Source: an uncultured bacterium (GTDB lineage: Bacteria > Lernaellota > Lernaellaia > Lernaellales > Lernaellaceae). From it: DNA of 25,933 bases. Positions 15,985 through 22,775 of the stretch are shown here, piece after piece (the first letter of the stretch is position 1; each line of letters starts with the position of its first letter). The position numbers and the translations under genes are program-made. Under the pieces are notes generated by a model that did no database searches, was not told where the DNA came from, and saw nothing but the letters and a program-made list of their open reading frames with translations. The stretch covers positions 1-25,933 of the forward strand of contig CAZHPN010000073.1 in the NCBI GenBank assembly GCA_964534375.1. The letters are read 5' to 3'.

Positions 15985-17250
15985 ATGCCGCCCCGCTTCG
16001 ACAAACTCACGCCGCCCGCCGGCGAGTTGATCGCCTTCGGCCCCGACGGCATCGTGACGCCGGATCGCCCCATCATCCCGTTCATCAAAGGCGACGGCAT
16101 CGGCCCCGAAATTTGGACCGCGACCAGCCAGGTCGCCGACGCCGCGATCGCCCGCGCCTACGGCGGCCGGCGGCGCATCGCCTGGTTCGAAATCTTCGCC
16201 GGCCTCTCCGCCGCGCCGCTGTACGGCCCGGACGACGTGATGCCGAACGACGCCTACGAGGCCATCCGCTGGTGCAAGGTCGCGATCAAGGGCCCGCTGG
16301 CGACGCCCGTCAGCGGCGGCATTCGCTCGTGCAACGTCGCCTTCCGTCAAACGCTCGATCTCTACGCGAACGTGCGGCCCGTGCGCTATCTGCCCGGCCT
16401 GCCCTCGCCGCTCAAACAGCCCGAGAAGGTCGACCTCGTGATTTTTCGCGAGAACACCGAAGACGTGTACGCCGGCGTCGAGTGGGCCGCGAATTCGCCC
16501 GAAGCGCAGGAGTTGATCGCGCTGATCAACCGCAAGTGGCGCGCCAAGGCGCCGCTGCCGGACGACGCGGCGATCGGCATCAAGCCGATGACCAAACGCG
16601 CCTGCCAGCGGCTCGTGCGGCGCGCGATCGCCTTCGCGCTGGCGCAGGGTTATCCGTCGGTGACGCTCGTGCACAAGGGCAACATCATGAAGTTCACCGA
16701 GGGCGGCTTCGTGAAATGGGGCTACGAACTGGCTAATGAAGAGTTCGGCGACGCCGTGATGACGAAGAAGGAAGTCGAAGAGAAATATTTCGGCAAAACG
16801 CCGCCGGGAAAAGTCGTCGTCAAAGACCGCATCGCCGACGCGATGTTCCAGGATTTGATCCTGCACCCCGACGAGCACGCGGTGATCGCGGCGACGAATC
16901 TCAACGGCGATTACCTGTCCGACGCCGCCGCGGCGCTGGTCGGCGGGCTGGGCTTCGCCGCCGGCGCCAACCTCGGCGACGGCTTGGCGCTCTTCGAAGC
17001 CGTGCACGGCGCGGCGCCCGACATCGCCTGCCAGAACGTCGCCAACCCGAGTTCGCTGATGCTGACCGCGATCGAACTGCTGCGGCACGTCGGCTGGTCC
17101 GAGGCCGCCGACTTGATCTTCCACGCGCTCAAAACGGTCGTCGGCCGCAATTGGGTGACCGCCGACGTGGCGTGTTTTTTACCCAACACCGTGCCGCTCT
17201 CGTGCACGGAATTCACCGAGGCGGTGCTCGGCGAGATTGGGAAAGAGTAA
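15985..17250 (+). CDS. icd: Isocitrate dehydrogenase, homodimeric type, probably NAD+-dependent
   Basis: PIIPFIKGDGIGPEI, KGPLATP..GGIRS.N, FRENTEDVYAGVEW, VHKGNIMKFTEG, NLNGDYLSD, EAVHGAAPDIA. Starts 4 nt after the gltA stop. Confidence 0.95.
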   Translation: MPPRFDKLTPPAGELIAFGPDGIVTPDRPIIPFIKGDGIGPEIWTATSQVADAAIARAYGGRRRIAWFEIFAGLSAAPLYGPDDVMPNDAYEAIRWCKVAIKGPLATPVSGGIRSCNVAFRQTLDLYANVRPVRYLPGLPSPLKQPEKVDLVIFRENTEDVYAGVEWAANSPEAQELIALINRKWRAKAPLPDDAAIGIKPMTKRACQRLVRRAIAFALAQGYPSVTLVHKGNIMKFTEGGFVKWGYELANEEFGDAVMTKKEVEEKYFGKTPPGKVVVKDRIADAMFQDLILHPDEHAVIAATNLNGDYLSDAAAALVGGLGFAAGANLGDGLALFEAVHGAAPDIACQNVANPSSLMLTAIELLRHVGWSEAADLIFHALKTVVGRNWVTADVACFLPNTVPLSCTEFTEAVLGEIGKE

Positions 17251-17251
17251 A

Positions 17252-17510
17252 CGGGATTCGGGAGTCGGGGCCCGGGGTCCGGGATCCGGGTTCCGGGGTC
17301 CGGGATTCGGGATTCGGCGGGCGGGATTCGGGAGACGGGATTCGGGATTCGGGAGCCGGGGGCCGGGGTCCGGGTTCCGGGGTCCGGGATTCGGGAGACG
17401 GCGGGAGGGATTCGGGGGGCGGCCGTCCGTATTCTGACTACTGACTTCTGACTTCCGTCTTCTGACTACTGACTACTGACTCCTGACTACTGACTACTGA
17501 CTACTGACTA
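17252..17510. repeat. Composite 7-bp tandem array: 24 x CGGGATT-like, 2 transition units, 11 x CTGACTA-like
   Basis: Units counted from the sequence: 17252-17419 and 17434-17510; 259 bp = 37 x 7 in unbroken phase. Confidence 0.92.
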
Positions 17511-17534
17511 CTTCCTCCTGCTTGAGGTTTTCGC

Positions 17535-17930
17535 ATGACGATCTGCATTCCGATCGAAAAAGACGACGGGCTCGACAGCGCCGTCTCGAACCATTTCGGT
17601 TCGGCGCCGTTTTTCCTCCTGGTCGATGTCGAAACGCTCGCCTGCCGCGCCGTGCCGAACGCCACGCGGCAACCGGGCCGCGGCGGACAAATTGTCGCGC
17701 TCCTCGCCGCCGAAAAAGTGAATGCGGTCCTGGTCGGCGGCATCGGCGCGGGCGCGCTCGGCAAACTCACTGCCAAAGGGATCCGCGTTTTCCAGACGCC
17801 GTTCGCCGGCGTCAAGGAAACGTTGGCGGCGTTCAAGAACGGCCAGTTGCCGCGCGCGGAGGCGTCGCACGCCCACAGCGGCGACGACCCGCGCCGCCGC
17901 GGGCCGACGACTCCGCGCATTGTGAATTAG
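17535..17930 (+). CDS. NifB/NifX family (dinitrogenase FeMo-cofactor-binding-like) protein
   Basis: ICIP......S.VS.HFG.APFFLLVD, V.AVLVGGIG.GA...L...GI.VF; RBS GAGG. Confidence 0.88.
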   Translation: MTICIPIEKDDGLDSAVSNHFGSAPFFLLVDVETLACRAVPNATRQPGRGGQIVALLAAEKVNAVLVGGIGAGALGKLTAKGIRVFQTPFAGVKETLAAFKNGQLPRAEASHAHSGDDPRRRGPTTPRIVN

Positions 17931-17955
17931 TTTTTTTCCGACCGGTCGACAGATT

Positions 17956-18075
17956 GAGCCTCTTAGAAAAATGGCAGTTCGATAATCGGCATTTCGCGCA
18001 GACCTCTCCCCCGGCCACGCACCGCGTGGCCGCGCCCCTCCCCGCCCCCTCGACTCTGCTCAGGGGCAGGCTCTG
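17956..18075 (+). mobile_element. Copy 4 of MITE-like element, right end lost
   Basis: Begins GAGCCTCTTAGAAAAATGGCAGTTCGATAAT, matching the reverse complement of 12586-12616. Continues GACCTCTCCCCC-GGCCACGC/GCGTGGCC hairpin-GCCCCTCCCC, then runs directly into a TPR gene remnant. Confidence 0.72.
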
Positions 18076-18080
18076 GCCCT

Positions 18081-18304
18081 ACCTCGGCCGGCGCGAGGAG
18101 GCGCTGGCGGTAGTGCGCGAGGCCGTGGAGTCATTGAGCCCGTATTTCCCCCAGATTCCGCAGGCGTTCGGGCTCTGGATGACGGCGATGGTTTTGAAAT
18201 ATCTGCAATGCTGCCAAGCGTGCTCGGTTGCGCCGGACGGCGAATCGCTCGGGCCGGTTGCGGCGAAATTGGAGGAATTGGAGCGGGAACGCAGTGAACA
18301 GTGA
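18081..18304 (+). pseudogene. Orphan 3' fragment (last half-TPR plus C-terminal cap) of a paralog of the downstream ATPase-TPR gene
   Basis: LGRREEALAVVREAVESLSPYFPQIPQAFGLWM...PDGESLGPVAAKL...SEQ* aligns codon-for-codon with 21616-21831. No start codon or RBS of its own. Confidence 0.88.
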
Positions 18305-18552
18305 ACGAGCAGGTGGCTATGACCGGCTTCGGCCCGATTTTGGCAAAATACGTTATTTTTGACGTACGTTGATTTTGACGTATATCGATGTGGATTGTAC
18401 GAACCTCGCCCCTTCCGTCTAATCTGTGGATTGCCCCAACTAACCCAGCCTAGGCCAACGGCCCACGTCCTGTTTGACAACCGCGCGGCAAAATGATGAA
18501 CTTCCGTTGGATTTTCTAGAAGACCGTTTGCCAGGGCGTTTGGGGCGAGAAT

Positions 18553-21500
18553 ATGGTCGAGCCAGTCACCGCCGTCACCACCGCAACTGCTTTCTTTGCC
18601 AAATTGCTTCCGGGCGCCGTGGTGCGCATCGCCGGCGACGCAATCGGGAAGGCGCTCGATAAGAGCAAGCTGGAACGAGCGGGGAAAGACGCGCGAGACT
18701 GGCTGGAACGCCAAGGCGAGGCGAAGAAATATTGGGCGGTTCTCGAAGGGCTGAAGCCGGAGGCCTGGGAATCGTTCCGGCAGGCCGTCGATCATTTCGC
18801 CGAGGACTTGCGCGGCCATTATTTGCAAAATGAAATACGGACGATTTTTTCGCACCTTTCCCTTTATTCTCAGACTCCCGTCGACGACGAGACAGCGGCC
18901 CGGCTCGCGGACCTTTTTTACGAAGCGATCTTGCGGGCGTTTCTGGCTTCGGGCGTCAACCGCGTCGCATTCCTGGCGGAGCGATTGTTGGCCGACCTCG
19001 ACGTATCGCGGCTACAAGCGGCGATAAAAGAAAGTTCCAGACCGCTCGATTACCTTGTCGATTACACGATTCTGTTGCGGCGTCCGTATTGGCCGTTGCC
19101 GTTCGGCCGGCGAGGGGTCGCGGAGTTATTGATTGCCAATTACGGCATCGCGCCGTTTTGGGGCCGGCGTGCGGAAATCGATGATTTGCTGGCGTGGTGC
19201 AACGGCGGGGACAATCTGCGAATCCGCGTTTACACGGCGCCCGGCGGCGAAGGCAAAACGCGGTTGTTTGCGGAATTGTGTGCGGAAGTCGAAAAGCGCT
19301 CGCCGGAGTGGCTGTGCGGTTTCTTGCGGGTGGGTCAAATGGCAGGCCACGAAGCCGCGCTGGCGAGATTGCTCGACCTCGGCCGGCCGTTGCTGCTCGG
19401 CGTCGATTACGCCGCGGCGAAGACCAAGGAACTGCTGACGCTGGCGCCTTATCTCCAAGCGGCGCGCGGCAAGGTTCGACTCGTTCTTCTGGAGAGGCCC
19501 GGCGGCACATGGTGGGATGATTTGTGCTGCCAGGGCGTCGAAGCGGAAAACTTTTTCAGCAAAGGCGTGCAAAAATCCCTGGAGCCTTTGGGCGCCAACG
19601 AAGGCGAACGGCAGGAAATTTTCAAGAAGGCGCAGGAACAATTTGCTCGGTTCAGTCCCAAGGACGCGAAACCAACCACGCCGCCGGATTTGCGCCACGA
19701 CGATTACAAAAACGTGCTTTTCATTCACGTCGCGGCCCTGCTGTCGGCCCACGGCGACCGGGCCATGAGCGCGGACGACTCGTTGAAAAGGTTGCTCAAA
19801 CACGAAGAAGCCTGGTGGCTGAACAACGCACGGCAATTCTCCCTGCCCGAAAAGGCGCCGACGCTGCGCAAAGCGGCGGCGCTGGGCACATTGGTTGGCG
19901 GGGTCAAAAAGAAATCCGAAGCCCTGCCGCTCTTGAAAAAAATCGAGGCGCTGGCGCATCGGAACGTCGAAGACTTATCGAACTTGTGCCGCGCACTCGG
20001 CGGTTCGCCGGATGGCGATCGAGAATTTTTGCCCGCCTTGCGCCCCGACCGGCTGGGCGAAGCGTTGGTCGAGAAAGTGTTTGCCGAGGGCCAAACGGTT
20101 CGGGATGAGTTGATAAACGCTGCATTTGACGAGGAAAAGCTTGCGGGCGCGGCGAACGCGTTGGTGGTTTTGAGCCGAATTGCCGGGCGAAAAGCCGATT
20201 GCGGAACCTGGATTGATCGGGCCGTGGAACTGCTACCAAAGGCGACCGGTGTTGCGGTTCTGGCAATACACACGGCGGTTGAATTTGACGTGGCCGACCG
20301 CGTTGCGGCTGCGTTCGAAGAGACAAAACCAATGGCAGCGGCCAGGATGATTCACGATCTGTTGCCGGTGGAAAGCGTCAATCTGCGCCATTTTTCAGCG
20401 GTTATTACGGAATTAGCTTTGGAACTTGCGCGCCGAAAATCCCCACGCGATGAGGAATGCCTGACAGAGATCGCAGGTTTTGCCAACAACCTGAGCAATA
20501 GGTATTCCAACCTCGGCCGGCGCGACGAGGCGCTGGCGGCGGCGCGCGAGGCGGTCGACGTCTATAGGGATCTCGCGGCAAGAAACCGCGACGTCTTTTG
20601 CCCCGATCTCGCCATGTCGCTAAACAACTTGGGCACGACCTATGCCTATCTCGGCTGGCGCGAGGAGGCGCTGGCGGCGGCGCGCGAGGCGGCAGACTTT
20701 TATCGGGAACTCGCGGCAAAAAACCCCGACTCCTTCCGCCCTTATCTCGGCGCTTCGCTCAGCAACCTCGGTTCGATTTATTCCGGCGTCGGCCGGTACG
20801 ACGAGGCACTGGCGGCAGCCCGGGAGGGGGTGGAGATTCGGCGAGAACTCGCGGCGGAAAAGCCAGACGCCTTCCGCCCCGCTCTCGCGATGTCGCTCAA
20901 CAACCTGGGCCGTAGGTATTCCGAACTCGGCCGGCGCCAGGAAGCGCTGGCGGCGGCGCGCGAGGCGGTGAAGGTTTGGCGGGAACTCGCGGTGAAAAAC
21001 CCCGACGCTTTTCGCCCTTATCTAGGTGGTTCGCTCAACAATCTGGGCACGATGTATTCCGAACTCGGCCATCGCGGGGAGGCGCTGGCGGCGGCACGCG
21101 AGGCGGCCGACGTTTATCGGGAACTCGCGGGGAAAAACCCCGACGCCTTTCGCCCTGATCTGGCTGGTTCGCTCAACAACCTCGGCGTGATGTATTCCAA
21201 CCTCGGCCGGCGCGAGGAGGCGCTGGCGGCGGTGCGCGAGGCGGTGGATATTCAGCGGGAACTCGCGGCAAAAAAACCCGAGGCCTTTCGCCCCGCTCTC
21301 GCGGAGTCGCTCAACAACCTGGGCAGTATTTGTTCCGACCTCGGCCGTCGCGAGGAGGCGCTGGCGGCGGCGCGCGAGGCGGTGAAGATTCGACGGGAAC
21401 TCGCGGCGCAAAACCCCGAGGCCTTTCGCCCCGCTCTCGCGGAGTCGCTCAACAACCTGGGCAGTATTTGTTCCGGCCTCGGGCGGCGCGAGGAGGCGCT

Positions 21501-21831
21501 GGCGGCAGCGCACGAGGCGGTCGACGTTTATCGGGAACTCGCGGGGAAAAACCCCGACGCCTTTCGCCCTGATCTCGCTGCTTCACTCAACAACCTGGGC
21601 AACAGCTATTCCGCCCTCGGCCGGCGGGAAGAGGCGCTGGCGGCAGTGCGCGAGGCTGTGGAATCGTTAAGACCGCATTTTTTGCAGATTCCCCGGGCGT
21701 TTGGGCAATGGATGACGTCGATAATTCAGAATTATCTGCAATACTGCGAAACATGCGGGGTTGAGCCGGACGGCGAGTTGCTCGGACCGATTGTGGCGAA
21801 ATTGGCCGAAACAGTGAACAGTGAACAGTGA
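18553..21831 (+). CDS. STAND/NLR-like P-loop ATPase with C-terminal TPR array (1092 aa)
   Basis: FWGRRAEIDDL..W, Walker A APGGEGKT, Walker B LLLGVDYA, VRLVLLER, LRPDRLGE; 8 full and 1 partial 46-aa TPR units. Confidence 0.88.
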   Translation: MVEPVTAVTTATAFFAKLLPGAVVRIAGDAIGKALDKSKLERAGKDARDWLERQGEAKKYWAVLEGLKPEAWESFRQAVDHFAEDLRGHYLQNEIRTIFSHLSLYSQTPVDDETAARLADLFYEAILRAFLASGVNRVAFLAERLLADLDVSRLQAAIKESSRPLDYLVDYTILLRRPYWPLPFGRRGVAELLIANYGIAPFWGRRAEIDDLLAWCNGGDNLRIRVYTAPGGEGKTRLFAELCAEVEKRSPEWLCGFLRVGQMAGHEAALARLLDLGRPLLLGVDYAAAKTKELLTLAPYLQAARGKVRLVLLERPGGTWWDDLCCQGVEAENFFSKGVQKSLEPLGANEGERQEIFKKAQEQFARFSPKDAKPTTPPDLRHDDYKNVLFIHVAALLSAHGDRAMSADDSLKRLLKHEEAWWLNNARQFSLPEKAPTLRKAAALGTLVGGVKKKSEALPLLKKIEALAHRNVEDLSNLCRALGGSPDGDREFLPALRPDRLGEALVEKVFAEGQTVRDELINAAFDEEKLAGAANALVVLSRIAGRKADCGTWIDRAVELLPKATGVAVLAIHTAVEFDVADRVAAAFEETKPMAAARMIHDLLPVESVNLRHFSAVITELALELARRKSPRDEECLTEIAGFANNLSNRYSNLGRRDEALAAAREAVDVYRDLAARNRDVFCPDLAMSLNNLGTTYAYLGWREEALAAAREAADFYRELAAKNPDSFRPYLGASLSNLGSIYSGVGRYDEALAAAREGVEIRRELAAEKPDAFRPALAMSLNNLGRRYSELGRRQEALAAAREAVKVWRELAVKNPDAFRPYLGGSLNNLGTMYSELGHRGEALAAAREAADVYRELAGKNPDAFRPDLAGSLNNLGVMYSNLGRREEALAAVREAVDIQRELAAKKPEAFRPALAESLNNLGSICSDLGRREEALAAAREAVKIRRELAAQNPEAFRPALAESLNNLGSICSGLGRREEALAAAHEAVDVYRELAGKNPDAFRPDLAASLNNLGNSYSALGRREEALAAVREAVESLRPHFLQIPRAFGQWMTSIIQNYLQYCETCGVEPDGELLGPIVAKLAETVNSEQ
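20485..21660 (+). repeat. 138-bp intragenic tandem repeats encoding 46-aa TPR units
   Basis: NNL/SNL codons recur exactly every 138 bp from 20485 to 21589. Confidence 0.92.
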
Positions 21832-21844
21832 ACAGCGAACAGTG
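21810..21844. repeat. 7-bp tandem repeat (AACAGTG)x5 containing the gene's stop codon
   Basis: aacagtg x3, aacagcg, aacagtg; TGA at 21829-21831 lies inside the array. Confidence 0.85.
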
Positions 21845-21949
21845 GTCGGCCGGCCTGTTTCGAATCCTTGCCCCTTGCCTCCTGCGCCTTTAGGTGAGGG
21901 CCGATCGGCCGCGATTGCGCGCGGAGCCCGGCGGGACGAATATTGATCG

Positions 21950-22330
21950 ATGAGCAAACGATTATTCCGCATTTTGGCGATCGTCGGCCTTGTGACATCC
22001 GCGGCGGTAAATGCGGCGACGATTTTGGATCTCGGCGTGAAGCCCACGATGGAGAATTTCGCTTTTCTGCACGTGGGCGTCTTTGTTGTTTTTTTTCCGG
22101 CCTTGGCGTTTCACCCGCGCAAGAAGGCATCCGGCTGGGCGATATCGGTTGACGATCCGGAGGCCGGAGCGCCCCGGTGGATGAAGGTCGTTGGGGCCGT
22201 TTTCGCCGCGTACGCGGGGGGCAATTTTTTGCTGTTGATGGCGAGCGGTTGGAAGCCGGCGGACGTTGACGTCGTGCGGATGTTTTCGGCGGGGGGAAAC
22301 CAGGGACAGTCACGAATGGCACTAAGATAA
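21950..22330 (+). CDS. Small membrane protein (3 TM), probably C-terminally truncated by repeat/MITE insertion
   Basis: Three hydrophobic segments. The last ~13 codons and the stop are encoded by the palindromic target and the left MITE TIR. Confidence 0.65.
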   Translation: MSKRLFRILAIVGLVTSAAVNAATILDLGVKPTMENFAFLHVGVFVVFFPALAFHPRKKASGWAISVDDPEAGAPRWMKVVGAVFAAYAGGNFLLLMASGWKPADVDVVRMFSAGGNQGQSRMALR

Positions 22331-22564
22331 GAAATATTCGTAATGATTCTGTGCGGTTACAGTCTACGGTCCGACCGCGCAAATTATCGACGCGCGACAG
22401 CGTTGCCGGCACGATTCAGCGAAATTGGCCGGAAAAGTCCGGTCGGTGAAACATGGCGACTGAACCACGGAAATCCCGCAGTCATTGCACCAGAACGGGA
22501 GACGGAATAAGCCCTTGTTATCGCGGAGAAATTTCTTATCTTAGTGCGATTCGAGTGCGATTCG
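22313..22564. mobile_element. MITE (252 bp) with 23-bp TIRs and 9-bp target-site duplication
   Basis: CGAATGGCACTAAGATAAGAAAT (22313-22335) versus ATTTCTTATCTTAGTGCGATTCG (22531-22553), 22/23 complementary. Terminal 11 bp duplicated (22554-22564). GGACAGTCA flanks both sides (22304-22312, 22565-22573). No transposase ORF. Confidence 0.88.
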
Positions 22565-22699
22565 GGACAGTCACCCGTTTTCGCCGGTTTTCCGCCACCG
22601 GCCTTCGGGACGCGGGCGCGGCCGGCTATTCAACGCGGCCTCCAAAAAGCCGAAAAGGCTGTCAGGAAACCGGGGATCAATCCCCGTCTTGGCGCCGGC

Positions 22700-22766
22700 G
22701 CCCCCGCCTTCGCCTGGCTTCCCGACTTCGCCCCGACTTCGCCAAGGCTACGTCGGGCTACGTCGC
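22700..22766. repeat. Nested REP-like palindrome downstream of thiolase
   Basis: CCGCCTTCGCC..CCGACTTCGCC CCGACTTCGCC AAGGCTACGTCGG GCTACGTCG: duplicated arms around an imperfect hairpin. Confidence 0.5.
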
Positions 22767-22775
22767 GTCGCCGCC

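Noticed and set aside
2303..17124. Long antisense ORFs (2303-4762 +, 6393-7208 +, 7738-9972 +, 10210-12447 -, 12411-14789 -, 14796-16100 -, 15898-17124 -)
   Set aside because: Shadow frames opposite genes with recognisable motifs; expected from codon bias and lacking any motif or RBS support.
17151..17444. Gly/Arg/Asp/Ser-repeat ORFs after icd, and similar ORFs over 24260-24613
   Set aside because: Translations of heptamer arrays, with no evidence of coding function.
17252..17510. CRISPR array
   Set aside because: Contiguous 7-bp units with no unique spacers and no cas genes.
17535..17930. Nitrogen-fixation gene cluster
   Set aside because: A lone NifB/NifX-family domain is widespread in non-diazotrophs; no nifHDK or other nif genes are here.
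17522..18304. 260-aa ORF as a real gene
   Set aside because: It is an off-frame overlap of the NifX-like gene read through the repeat element into the TPR remnant; only the last ~74 codons are protein-like.
20485..21660. CRISPR-like or non-coding repeat array
   Set aside because: The 138-bp period is in frame and encodes TPR units within a long ORF.
18081..21831. Diversity-generating retroelement (18081-18304 as template repeat, gene 3' end as variable repeat)
   Set aside because: Codon-by-codon comparison shows many mismatches at non-adenine positions in both copies (C/T, C/G, G/T) and many synonymous changes. No reverse transcriptase is in the window.
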